Shown here: in pieces, positions 38,798 to 50,612 of the stretch
Layout of the letters: each line of letters begins with the position of its first letter
Position numbering within the stretch: the stretch's first letter is position 1
DNA from: Scyliorhinus canicula
Lineage: Eukaryota
Direction of reading: 5' to 3'
Assembly: GCF_902713615.1 (NCBI RefSeq)
Contig: NC_052157.1
Span: forward strand, 60,724,146-60,788,145
DNA: 64,000 bases
Notes under the pieces: model-generated
Seen by the model: the letters and a program-made list of their open reading frames with translations, nothing else
Told to the model about the DNA's origin: nothing
The model's database searches: none
Position numbers and translations under genes: made by a program

Positions 38798-38858
38798 CTG
38801 AAACAGCATCAACAACATTCAGCAGCAGCAGCAGGAGTAGTTTGTGTAAATTGTGGCC
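38798..38858 (-). CDS. B7-like gene, signal-peptide exon
   Basis: ttcttgttgcag|GG...CAG|gtaagt, 61 nt, phase 0 to 1; GHNLHKLLLLLLLNVVDAVS. Confidence 0.85.
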
Positions 38859-39530
38859 CTGCAACAAGAAAACACAGTTACCCCCTTGACAACAAAGTCA
38901 CTTCCTGATCAGGTTCAGTTTGCTCCCAACAACTGGGCGTTTATTTTGGATTTGCATAAGTTTCTCCCCCTCGGTTGTATGCTTTCTATTTATAAAGGAC
39001 AGGTTGGGTGAACCAGGATCACAAACCCCAGAGATGGAAGAAACTCTGTCCCGGATCTCAGAGGGAGACACCGAGAATCTGGTGGTGAAGATGAAGGAAA
39101 GTTTCTCCCAGACCCCCCTCCCCGGGTGTGAGACACTGACAGTACCTGCAGCTGCTTCCCATCCATTCGCTCCACACACAGATCAGCACTCAGACCCTCA
39201 CTGAGAGAGAGGGGGGAAACCCGCTGCTCAGCCTGAGCCCAGAAACCCCAAACTCAACAAATCCTCTCCCCACCCCAGAAACATTAGAAGCGCCGGAGAA
39301 TGGCCCTGCGAGACACGAAAACACTCAGTGTTACCTTTCATTCCGCATGGGGGGGGGGGGTGAGGATCAATCATCATTACCGGTCTCTCCTCCTTCTCCC
39401 TCCGGGTGTGAGATGAGCAGGATCCTACAAAAAGCTAGTTTGATTCCTGTTTCACTGAAATCCCTTACCCCGGCTTTTCCTGACAGAGGCGGGATCATTA
39501 TTTATCACCCCGCCCCCCCCCCCGACTCAC

Positions 39531-39557
39531 TCTGACAATGGGACAGTCCGAGCTCAT
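39531..39557 (-). CDS. B7-like gene, first coding exon (MSSDCPIVR)
   Basis: ATG...AGA|gtgagt; phase 0 matches the next exon; other nearby ATG/donor pairs are out of phase. Confidence 0.6.
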
Positions 39558-39559
39558 CC

Positions 39560-39625
39560 CCCACTCGCACGTGACGCACGGAACCAGACACATGACATCC
39601 TGCAAGTCAGGAAAGAACCTGACTT
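39560..39625 (-). promoter_or_regulatory. Putative proximal promoter/5'UTR motifs
   Basis: CACGTG E-box overlapping a TGACG half-CRE at ~39568-39578; short inverted repeat GTCAGG...CCTGAC at 39606-39623. Confidence 0.3.
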
Positions 39626-39626
39626 T

Positions 39627-40848
39627 CTGTATTAAAGGGGTTCAGACAGATAAACCCAGAGTCAGGTTCCTGTATTAAAGGGGTTCAGTCAGATAAACCC
39701 AGAGTCTGGTTCCTGTATTAAAGGGGTTCAGATAAACCCCAGAGTCTGGTTCCTGTATTAAAGGGGTTCAGACAGATACACCCAGAGTCTGGTTCCTGTA
39801 TTAAAGGGGTTCAGATAAACCCCAGAGTCTGGTTCCTGTATTAAAGGGGTTCAGACAGATAAACCCAGAGTCTGGTTCCTGGATTAAAGGGGTTCAGACA
39901 GATAAACCCAGAGTCTGGTTCCTGGATTAAAGGGGTTCAGACAGATAAACCCAGAGTCTGGTTCCTGGATTAAAGGGGTTCAGACAGATAAACCCAGAGT
40001 CTGGTTCCTGTATTAAAGGGGTTCAGACAGATAAACCCAGAGTCTGGTTCCTGGATTAAAGGGGTTCAGACAGATAAACCCAGAGTCTGGTTCCTGTATT
40101 AAAGGGGTTCAGACAGATAACCCCAGAGTCTGGTTCCTGTATTAAAGGGGTTCAGACAGATAAACCCAGAGTCTGGTTCCTGTATTAAAGGGGTTCAGAC
40201 AGATAATCCCAGAGTCTGGTTCCTGTATAACAGGGGTTCAGACAGATAAACCCAGAGTCTGGTTCCTGTATTAAAGGGGTTCAGACAGATACATCCAGAG
40301 TCTGGTTCCTGTATTAAAGTGGTTCAGACGGATAAACCCAGTGTCTGGTTCCTGTATTAATAGGTTTCAGACAGATAAACCCAGAGTCTGGTTCCTGTAT
40401 TAAAGGGGCTCAGACAGATAAACCCAGAGTCTGGTTCCTGTATTAAAGGGGTTCAGTCAGATAAACCCAGAGTCTGGTTCCTGTATTAAAGTGGTTCAGA
40501 TAAACCCAGAGTCTGGTTCCTGTATTAAAGGGGCTCAGACAGATAAACCCAGAGTCTGGTTCCTGTATTAAAGTGGTTCAGATAAATCCAGAGTCTGGTT
40601 CCTGTATTAAAGTGGTTCAGACGGATAAACCCAGTGTCTGGTTCCTGTATTAATAGGTTTCAGACAGATAAACCCAGAGTCTGGTTCCTGTATTGAAGGG
40701 AGTCAGACAGATAAACTCAGAGTCTGGTTCCTGTATTAAAGGGGTTCAGACAGATAAACCCAGTGTCTGGTTCCTGTATTAAAGTGGTTCAGACGGATAA
40801 ACCCAGTGTCTGGTTCCTGTATTAATAGGTTTCAGACAGATAAACCCA
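39627..40848. repeat. Minisatellite, ~43-bp unit (39-40-bp variants), about 28-29 copies
   Basis: Unit TTAAAGGGGTTCAGACAGATAAACCCAGAGTCTGGTTCCTGTA read directly. Confidence 0.95.
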
Positions 40849-41425
40849 TGATGCACGATCAATTGCACAAAGACTCAGATTGGGTACAACTATGGCTTTA
40901 TTGCAGTCAGGTGTGTGGCCTACTGCAGCTGGCGAAATGGCAGATCAATGGAGGACAGGCATATTTATACAGCTCCTAGTGGGTGGAGCCAGCCGGCAGG
41001 GGCTACCGTCGAACCTGTAGTACAGGTCCCACATCCCCTACTACAGGTGTACACAGTGGTTCACCATGTTCACCCCCTGCTAAAAATGAGTCCGGCGGGG
41101 GTGGTGTGGAACTATATACAATGTTGCGAATTATGTACAGTGTCTTATAAAATGAGTGGGGAAGGAAAAAAATGTCCGTTTTGATGGTCCGGTGCCCGTC
41201 AGAGGTTCAGTCAATCCGGTGCTTTGATGATTCGCTGGGAGCGACGTAACGGTGGCGGCGATGTTGGTGCTGGCGGTGCTGGTGTCACTGACGTTGGTGC
41301 TGGTGCTGTCCTACAGTCAGCTGACCCCGGGAACGTGCCAAAATCTTCTTTGTCCTCTTGCGTGGGCAGGGGTAGGAGGGATGGACCTGGTAGGGTTAAT
41401 GTTGGTATCGCCGGGGGAGGGGAAG
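40849..41425 (-). mobile_element. Gypsy 3' LTR (40849-41068) plus integrase tail
   Basis: PPPLRRSQRIIKAPD; PPT GCAGGGGGTGAA; LTR ends AATTGATCGTGCATCA like the other Gypsy LTRs. Confidence 0.75.
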
Positions 41426-42458
41426 TGTAGCCACCTGAGGTGGCCACGTCCCGATTACAAAATGGACACTTTGCAAAGAATGAAGGGAAAAATGGACAAT
41501 GCTGAGAAAGCAAGCAGGTGCAAGGTTTGTCTGTTGATTGGAGTTGTAGCTCCCAGACAAGACTGATACTGCAAAGCTATTAACATATTAATGAGCCATC
41601 TCCGGGGACAAAAGAGAAACATTTAGGTAAACGATACTAAAGCAGACACCCCGGCGCCAGAGGAGACTAGAACAAAGCAGGCCACCTCAGGTGGCTACAC
41701 TTCCCCTCCCCCAGCGCTACCAACATTAACCCCACCAGGTCCATCCCTCCTACCCCTGCCCATGCAAGAGGACAAAGAAGATTTTGGCACGTTCCCGGGG
41801 TCAGCTGACTGTAGGACAGCACCAGCACCAACGTCAGTGACACCTAGGGCCTGCCCAGCAATCAGGGCAGCCACCCCTTTATTGGAGGAAATCGATACCA
41901 ATGAGGAGGACATGGTCCAATTAATTTGGACCAAGTTCAAGGACGCCCCAAAAGCGTGCGAAGCCCCCTTCGGGTATAAGAAGAAGCCGCCAAGAGAGAA
42001 TTGTTCTTCTTGGCCTTGGCTCTCAGCAACGAGGGCCCTGCCTAGCAGCTGCACCAGAACAAGTAAGTCCAAAGTCAACGCACGCTACGAGATAGACGCT
42101 CCTAGATACTATTCCATACCAGCTCGATCCCAGCAGCCTCAGAACCGGACAACGGCCATTGATCCTCTGACTGAGTGGGCGCCCGAAGCTAAGTATGGGC
42201 TTTAGTAGTAGTGATAGTTTAGTTGGTAGAGTTTGTGCATGAGTATAATTGACTGTGTGTGTAAATAAATGAGTATTGATTTCGAACTTACTAACTGGTG
42301 TATCGAGTCTTTGATCAGTATTCGGTTGTGAACCTTGTGGCGGTATCGAAAGATACCTGCCGACTGTTGAGCAAACGTAATTAGAATTAAGGACGCGACC
42401 ATATTAACTGCCATAAACAGAGCCAATTAAAGAGAGAACACAATGAGCAACATTTTAC

Positions 42459-42480
42459 TGGCGACCCAGATGGGACTCGA
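42459..42480 (+). promoter_or_regulatory. Primer-binding site complementary to the tRNA-Arg(CCG) 3' end
   Basis: TGGCGACCCAGATGGGACTCGA is the reverse complement of ...TCGAGTCCCATCTGGGTCG+CCA (vertebrate tRNA-Arg-CCG recalled from memory); 6 nt after the LTR end. Confidence 0.75.
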
Positions 42481-43909
42481 TTTAGAAGTGGCCTCACCAC
42501 TCCGAGAGAACCCAAATTTGAATTGGAATCCAATTAGAAACAGAAAAACCACAAGCGTTAGGACAATACTGATCAAGCCTCCGAGATTCAGAAGTGTGTT
42601 AATGCATGCGTACTAATGGGGATATAAAGTAAACCTGAAAGATTTTGTTGCGTAAAACTGTCGGGAATTTTGTAGGCCGGAAAATAGTGTAAGTCGTACC
42701 TATGTCTACATCACCACTTTATCACCCCCTGTTCCAAATTCAGTAGAGAACCCAGAGATAGAGAAGATGGCTATGAAGGCAATGGAACGCCTTATGAACC
42801 CCCAGGAATTCGAGGTCGCAGCGACCAGTAGAGTAGGACAGTGTCCCGTGTGGGAAGATGAGATCAGAAAATATCTCAAAGGGAAAGGATGGCCCCTTTG
42901 GGGTGAATTCTGCGGCAGTGACGAAACAGGTCCCGGGAGTATAGGACATACTTGGTGGGAGAACCTGTCAGAGATCCACAAGAAGAGCTTAGGAAATGCT
43001 CGCAAGCCGATGGCAATCGTGTCCTGGTTGGCACAATTGCGAGGCACAGAGGAGGTCATTACGACGCTCCGTAGAGAGATTGAGGAGAGAGACAGAAATA
43101 GTGAGATAGATGTGAGTGAAGTTGAGAAGGAGAATAAGGAGTTAAGAGAGAAGTTAGCAGCAAGGGACAGAGAGGTGGGATGATGCCAAGAGGGCACACC
43201 AGTCTTGTCTCGTGCACTTAAGTAGTTTCCGGACCCAGTATGATAAGGCCTACCAGGACACGCAACGTGCGGTCTTGGTACAGAAATTGCAGAAACAGTG
43301 CAATGATTTCAAAGCAGCCCTACGAGCACTCCATACTTCCACAATGGAACAAAGGCAGAGCTCCGTAGACCACGCAAAGTGCCGGAAGCAAATTGCAGAA
43401 TTGCAATCTCTGCTTTCCGTTCAGAATGGGTTTCAGAGTACATTTGGACCCCAGTTAGATCAGGAAAACGGCCCCGATTGGCAGGAATTGAATGGAACTG
43501 CCCATAGATACGTACATGGGAAATGTTTGCAGGAAAAACCCCAGAAAAGGAGAGCACCCCAGCCCCCGACTGAACAGTCAGAACATATCCCCATGAACCC
43601 TGTAACCACACACCACAGGGCCGCAGCAGAAGGAGACATTGGTTTCCTTTACACAACCCTGTTAACCGTAACTCAATTACGGGACGTGTGTGGAAAAATT
43701 ACACCGTTCCTTCCCACATCAGACCCCCACCAGTTTTTCGCTAAAGTTAGACAGCAGGCCACCATGTATGGCCTGGATGAGAGAGAGCAGGTAAAGCTCA
43801 CGGTTTTAAGCCTCGACCCTTCATAGAACATAGAACACTACAGCGCAGTACGGGCCCTTCGGCCCTCGATGTTGCGCCGACCTGTGAAACCATCTGAAGC
43901 CTATCTGAC

Positions 43910-46667
43910 CTACACTATTCCATTTTCATCCATATGTCTATCCAGTGACCACTTAAATGCCCTTAAAGTTGGCAAGTCTACTACTATTGCAGGCAGGGCG
44001 TTCCACACCCCTACTACTCTCTGAGTAAAGAAACTGCCTCTCACATCTGTCCTATATCTATCACCCCTCAATTTAAAGCTATGTCCCCTCGTGTTGGTCA
44101 TCACCATCCGAGGAAAAAGACTCTCACTGTCCACCCTATCTAACCCTCTGACTATCTTATATGTCTCTATTAAGTCACCTCTCAGCCTTCTCCTCTCTAA
44201 CGAAAACAACCTCAATTCCCTGAGCCTTTCCTCGTAAGACCTTCCCTCCATACCAGGCAACATCCTAGTAAATCTCCTCTGAACCCTTTCCAAAGCTTCC
44301 ACATCCTTCCTATAATGTGGTGACCAGAACTGCACGCAGTACTCCAGGTGTGGCCGCACCAGAGTTATGTACAGCTGCAGCATGACCTTGTGGTTCCGAA
44401 ACTCAATCCCCCTGCTTATAAAGGCTAGCACACCATATGCCTTCTTAACAGCCCTATTAACCTGGGTGGCAACTTTCAGGGATTTATGTACCTGGATGCC
44501 GAGATCTCTCTGTTCATCTACACTACCAAGAATCTTGCCATTAGCCCAGTACTCTGCATTCCTGTTACTCCTTCCAAAGTGAACCACCTCACACTTTTCC
44601 GCATTAAACTCCATCTGCCACCTCTCAGCCCAGCTCTGCAGCTTATCTATGTCCCTCTGTATCCTATAACATCCTTCAGCACTATCCACAACTCCACCGA
44701 CCTTCGTGTCATCTGCAAATTTACTAACCCATCCTTCTACACCCTCTTCCAGGTCATTTATAAAAATGACAAACAGCAGTGGCCCCAAAACAGATCCTTG
44801 CGGTACACCACTAGTAACTGAACTCCAGGATGAACATTTGCCATCAACCACCACCCTCTGTCTTCTTTCAGCTAGCCAATTACTGATCCAAACCGCTAAA
44901 TCACCTTCAATTCCATACTTCCTTATTTTGTGCAATAGCCTACCGTGGGGAACCTTATCAAACGCCTTACTGAAATCCATATACACCACATCAACAGCTT
45001 TACCCTGATCCACCTGTTTGGTCACCTTCTCAAAAAACTCAATAAGGTTTGTGAGACATGACCTACCCTTCACAAAACCGTGTTGAGTATCGCTAATCAA
45101 CTTGTTCTTTTCAAGATGATTATAAACCCTATCTCTTATAACCTTTTCCAACATTTTACCCACAACCGAAGTAAGGCTCACCGGTCTATAATTACCAGGG
45201 TTGTCTCTACTCCCCTTCTTGAACAAGGGGACAACATTTGCTATCCTCCAGTCTTCCGGCACTATTCCTTGTCGACAAAGACGACATAAAGATCAAGGAC
45301 AAAGGCTCTGCAATCTCCTCCCTGCCTTCCCAGAGAATCCTAGGATAAATCCCATCTGGCCCAGGGGACTTATCTATTTTGACATTTTCTAAAATTGCTA
45401 ACACCTCCTCCTTTTGAACCTCAATTCCATCTAGCCTGGTCGACTGAACCTGAGTGTTCTCCTCGACAACATTGTCTTTCTCCAGTGTAAACACTGACGA
45501 AAAATATCCATTTAATGCTTCCCCTATCTCCTCTGATTCCACACACAACTTTCCACTACTATCCTTGATTGGCCCTAATCTTACTCTAGTCATTCTTTTG
45601 TTCCTGATATACCTATAGAAAGCCTTAGGGTTTTCCTTGATCCTATCCGCCAACGACTTTTCGTGTCCTCTCCTCGCTCTTCTTAACTCTCCCTTTAGGT
45701 CCTTCCTGGCTAACTTGTAACTCTCAAGTGCCCTAACTGAGCCTTCATGTCTCATCCTAACATAAGCCTTCTTCTTCTTCTTGACAAGTGCTTCAACTTC
45801 CTTAGTAAACCACGGTTCCCTTGCTCGACAACTTCCTCCCTGCCTGACAGGTACATACTTATCAAGGACACGCAGTAGCTGTTCCTTGAAAAAGCTCCAC
45901 ATTTCGATTGTACCCATCCCCTGCAGTTTCCTTCCCCATCCTATACATCCTAAATCTTGCCGAATAGCATCATAATTGCCTTTCCCCCAGCTATAATTCT
46001 TGCCTTGCGGTATATACCTATCCCTGCCCATAGCTAAAGTAAACATAACCGAGTTGTGATCACTATCACCAAAGTGCTCACCTACATCTAAAATCTGGCC
46101 GGGTTCATTACCCAGTACCAAATCCAATGTGGCCTCGCCCCTTGTTGGCCTGTCTACATACTGTGTCAGAAAACCCTCCTGCACACACTGCACAAAAACT
46201 GACCCATCTATAGTACTCGAATTATAGTATTTCCAGTCAATATTTGGAAAGTTAAAGTCCCCCATAACAACTACCCTGTTACTCTCGCTCCTGTCAAGAA
46301 TCATCTTTGCAATCCTTTCCTCTACATCTCTGGAACTATTCGTAGGTCTATAGACAACTCCCAACAGGGTGACCTCTCCTCTACTGTTCCTCACCTCGGC
46401 CCATACTGCCTCAGTAGACGAGTCCTCAAGCGTCCTTTCTACCGCCGTAATACTTTCCTTGATTAACAATGCCACACCCCCCCCTCTTTTACCATCTTCT
46501 CTGTTCTTACTGAAACATCTAAACCCTGGAACCTGCAACAACCATTCCTGTCCCTGCTCTACCCATGTCTCCGAAATCGCCACAACATCGAGATCCCAGG
46601 TACCAACCCATGCTGCAAGCTCACCCACCTTATTCCGGATGCTCCTGGCATTGAAGTAGTGTTGCAT
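43910..46667 (-). pseudogene. CR1 ORF2 (APE endonuclease plus RT), one frameshift at ~45270; start interrupted by an LTR
   Basis: VVMGDFNFP, SDHNSV; PEDWRIANVVPLFKKG, GVPQGSVLGP, FADDTK; TCGACAAGGAATAGTG carries an extra base relative to S-T-G-I-V. Confidence 0.9.
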
Positions 46668-47609
46668 GTTTTACTTGAGTGTAATACGCGTTTATTGGAG
46701 TGTATTAACACGCCTCCGTTTAAAGGCCGTGTGCTTAACACTGCTAGGCTCTGTATGTGTATTTTCAGCTCGGGAGTCGCCAGGTGTCGTATATAAACAC
46801 CTCACAAATATTCCAAGGTCAGGTTCAAAGTAATAAAACTATACACCGATTAGTAAGTTCCAACGATCAATATTTATTATACAAATATAATAAATACGCA
46901 TGCACACGCTAAAGACTAATACCTATTTCTACTATTAAACGACTAAATACTTATCTAAGTGGAAACCAGCAAGGTCAGGGGACAAGGCCTTTGGTCCTTT
47001 CTTAGCTGCACCTTCTGTTCGTTCTTAGAAGAGTACTGTATAAGTTCACGTAGCGAGCGTCATTTTGGGACTTACTGAACGATGGCTGGTGCTCAACGGC
47101 TGGTGATGGAAGACAGGATCTGGAGACTGGAGTCGAAGTCGAAACAGCAAGCCGGAGCAACAAAACAGACAGGACCATGTGTGGTCCCCAATGTCCGTGC
47201 CTTTTCGGGGCGGGCTTTACCTTCCATGCATTGATTGGATCAATTCTCAATCGATGTCTCACTAATTCCCCAATCTGAGGGTCCCTTCTCGATGGGTTGG
47301 GCGGTCTCTAGGGTCTTTTGAGATGGATACTTCTGGTGCCGTTTTGTCTGGGCCTTCACTTAAAGTATCTATTCAAAACCAAATGTTGCTATTGTGTGTG
47401 CCCAGATCTGGATTGCCTCATTAATATGCAAAGCGTTTTGCTATTAACACCTTTGGTTGAGATCTTCCACCTGGCCAGAAACTAGTTTTGCTGCGTGCAA
47501 AATGCTAATCAGTCTTTGCAGACTGCTTGTCTTGGCTAAACTGCTTTTTTCCCTGCAGTCTTAGCAGTTCTCCATTTTGTTAGCCCAGTGTCCATCTTAG
47601 GTGGCTACA
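46660..47609 (-). mobile_element. Solo LTR in CR1
   Basis: TG...CA termini; flanks GTAG/TTAG. Confidence 0.8.
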
Positions 47610-47740
47610 TTAGACACAGTTCAAACCAGCGTCCTGCTTGCCGGTGCCCTCTTTCGAACTTTTAACCCTATCCCTGACCTCACTACTCTCAACATCCTGT
47701 ACACTGGGACTACAATTTAGGTTCCCATCCCCCTGCTGAA

Positions 47741-48694
47741 TTAGTTTAAACCCCCCCCCCCCCCCCCGCGAAGAGCACTAGCAAATCTCCCCCCCAGGAT
47801 ATTGGTACCCCTCTGGTTCAGGTGAAGACCATCCTGTTTGTAGAGGTCCCACCTACCCCAGAATGAGCCCCAATTATCCAGGAAACCAAAACCCTCCCTC
47901 CTGCACCATCCCTGTAGCCACGTGTTCAACTCCTCTCTCTCCTTATTTCTCACTTCGCTAGCACGTGGCACGGGTAACAACCCAGAGATAACAACTCTGT
48001 TTGTTCTAGCTCTCAGCTTCCACCCTAGCTCCCTGAATTTCTGTCTCAAATCCCCATCTCTCTTCCTAACTATGTCGTTGGTACCTATGTGGACCACGAC
48101 TTGGGGCTGCTCCCCCTCCCCCTTAAGGATCCCAAAAACACGATCAGAGACATCACGAACCCTGGCACCTGGGGGGCAACACACCAACCGTGAGTCTCTT
48201 TCGTTCCCACAGAACCTCCTGTCTGTTCCTCTAACTATGGAGTCCCAAATGACAAGTGCTCTGTTCCTCTTCTCCCTTCCCTTCTGAGCAACAGGGACAG
48301 AATGTGTGCCAGAGACCTGCGCCCTATTGCTTACCCCTGGTAAGTCGTCCCCCGCAACAGTATCCAAAACGGTATACTTGTTATAGAGGGGAACGACCAC
48401 AGGGGATCCCTGCACTGCCTGCTGGTTCCCTCTCCCTCCCCTGACGGTAACCCATCTACTTTCTTCTTTTACCTGAGGTGTGACTACCTCCCTATAACTC
48501 CTCTCAATAACCTCTTCCGCCTCCCGAATGATCCGAAGTTCATCCAGCTCCAGCTCCAGGTCCCTAATGCGGCTCTCGAGGAGCTGGAGTTGGGTGCACT
48601 TCCCGCAGATGTAGTCAGAAGGGACACTAGAGGTGACCCTTTCCTCCCACATTCTGCAGGAGGAACATTCAACTGCCCTAGCCTCCATTCCCAC
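47741..48694 (-). CDS. CR1 ORF1 (zinc finger plus SGNH/GDSL esterase-like domain)
   Basis: CSSC...CGKC; PGARVRDV; VVVHIGTND; DGLHLN. Confidence 0.85.
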   Translation of the reverse strand: MGMEARAVECSSCRMWEERVTSSVPSDYICGKCTQLQLLESRIRDLELELDELRIIREAEEVIERSYREVVTPQVKEESRWVTVRGGRGNQQAVQGSPVVVPLYNKYTVLDTVAGDDLPGVSNRAQVSGTHSVPVAQKGREKRNRALVIWDSIVRGTDRRFCGNERDSRLVCCPPGARVRDVSDRVFGILKGEGEQPQVVVHIGTNDIVRKRDGDLRQKFRELGWKLRARTNRVVISGLLPVPRASEVRNKEREELNTWLQGWCRREGFGFLDNWGSFWGRWDLYKQDGLHLNQRGTNILGGRFASALRGGGGGGLN

Positions 48695-49809
48695 TGAATT
48701 AACTTCCCAACTACTGAAAAATAAAAATTAAAAAAACTTGTTAGTTTAGCAATCCAACGGACAGAGCTTTTTTTTTGGTTAGAGGAGGATGGGTGGGAGA
48801 CACTACGTAAGTAGTGTTTCGTGTAAAGCTGTCACTCGAGAACAGCCCCTTCACAAACCACCTTCAGTCGTGGCAGCCCTTCCAACCCACAGAATGTAGG
48901 AGGAGGCACCCTCAAAGAGATGCACACAGCGATCCTTGATGCGATCGGCTACAACAGAGGAGACCCGGTAGAAGGCCTCAACAAGTGGAGGCAAAAGAAG
49001 ACAGAGCACCCCACAGCGTTTGCTGGCGCTTGTGGATCCACTTCACAGCAGTTTTCGGAGAGTTAGCCCGCGCCCATTTGTCCGCAGATAATATGGCCAA
49101 ATGGACTCGAATCCTGGTCTCTCATGCGACAGAGGCAGGACAGAGAGCTTGCGCAAATTATGATCCCTCAGATGAGGCCCACAACGTGAAATGGGTCCTA
49201 AAAAGATTATCCCACCCTTAGGAGCAATCAGTCCAAGGCAAAACACATTTACAAAACCTGAGGAAGAACAGGCAGACATGAATCCAGTTAAAGTGCACCA
49301 GCACCCATGGGTAAACGAGGGCAGGAACAGCCCACCCCAGCCCAAATCCCAAGAGTGTTACAACTGTGGACAGTTAGGACACTTTGCACGAGAGTACAAT
49401 GCGCCACAAAAGCAGCAGAGAGTCCAACAGACAGGCACCCTAAATAGGAATAGGGCAGAGCCGATCCATAGCGTTAGCGCCCGTTCAGACAATGGAGACA
49501 TGAACGGCACCAACTGACGGTGTTCGGACTCCCCAACTTGGGTCTGCGACACCCTTTGGGACAAGTCCGGTAGACCGGTAGTAGCAGGCAAAGTCCGGGG
49601 ACAGCCTGTAGAATTTCTTTGGGACACTGGAGGGTCCCACACCACACTCAATTCCTCCACAATGTTCCAACAAAACACATGGCCACAACAGACACCATCA
49701 CACTCAGCGGCTTTACAGGTCATTTGCAGCAGGAACACATCACAGCCCCTATAGCGATACAGATAGGCAACATTACCACCATAGTTTTAGTTGATCTGCC
49801 CCAGACAGC

Positions 49810-50368
49810 TGTGTGATGTTTACGAATTAAGTAATGGCATGATGGGAAAACTGGTCAACTACTTGGTACAATGTAAGAAAAGCTGACTTCGCATGACCTA
49901 AAGCCTGAATAAGATTGGAGAAGGTCAAGCCGTTCCGAAATGCCTGACCTCTGCAACTTCTGATCAGACTAACTCGTCATAACACAAGGCAGTCTAAATA
50001 AAACGAGATAAGGTCAGGAAAGAACAAGTCTCCTCCGACTTTTTAATGTTCCATCAAAGGACAAGATAATGGTATGAGTGATGAGACAAAGAGTTCTCAA
50101 AGGTCAGCAAGGTGACGCCTGTTTTATGATATTGCTTATGTTTATACTTCTGATCGAATTCCTGACTAAGCTGTAGTCACGTAATCCTGATTCTGATAAT
50201 GTATAAATACTGAGCTGATTCTCTGTGAAAGCGCAAACGTAGGAAGGAATCAGCAGTAATACTAACTGCTCTCTGACCTCGAGTTTCAGCCATTACTGCA
50301 CGCAGTCTGTTCGCAAATAAAGTCTTGTCATTTTTCCATAACGAGCGTTGTTGAATCTTTCTACCACA
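49810..50368 (+). mobile_element. Solo LTR of another family
   Basis: TG...CA termini, TATAAA and AATAAA inside; no TSD seen. Confidence 0.55.
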
Positions 50369-50391
50369 GTCCAGAAGCGGGAAAAATATTC

Positions 50392-50612
50392 AGCGGAATT
50401 CTCCCATCAGGAGACAAACAGCCGACGCCGGAGTGAAACCCGGAGTGTTTCACTCCGGCGTCGGAGGCCGCTCCTCGCCCCTATTCTCCCCCCCTCTGGG
50501 GGGCTAGGAGCGGCGGCGCGTGAATCTCGGGCGCCGGGCCTTGACGCTTGCGTCAAAGCGCGCCCCGCAAGACATGGCGGCTTGATCTTGCGGGGCGGCG
50601 GAGGGAAAAGAG
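50392..50612. mobile_element. MITE fragment cut by a Gypsy LTR
   Basis: Homologous to 21206-21888. Confidence 0.55.

Larger units (their letters stand above)
43824..48872 (-). mobile_element. Near full-length CR1 LINE with an LTR inserted between ORF1 and ORF2
   Basis: ORF1, APE and RT in order; (CTATGTT)n tail; CCTTCA repeated at both junctions. Confidence 0.92.
41426..49805 (+). mobile_element. LTR retroelement (ERV-like or Gypsy-like): 5' LTR 41426-42452, PBS, gag, protease; interrupted by CR1 and truncated in protease
   Basis: LTR homologous to the solo-LTR family; gag pieces 42767-43826 and ~48873-49517 join as LSLDPS|VVAALP; CCHC-like CYNCGQLGHFARE; FLWDTGGS protease motif. Confidence 0.8.

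Noticed and set aside
39332-39349. ATG plus GT donor as first exon of the B7-like gene
   Set aside because: Both ATGs are out of phase with the signal-peptide exon; the 39531-39557 exon is in phase
39627-40848. CRISPR-like array
   Set aside because: Contiguous units with no unique spacers, eukaryotic context, no cas genes
41762-42205. 147-aa ORF in the LTR
   Set aside because: Chimeric product of the inverted duplication and U3 sequence
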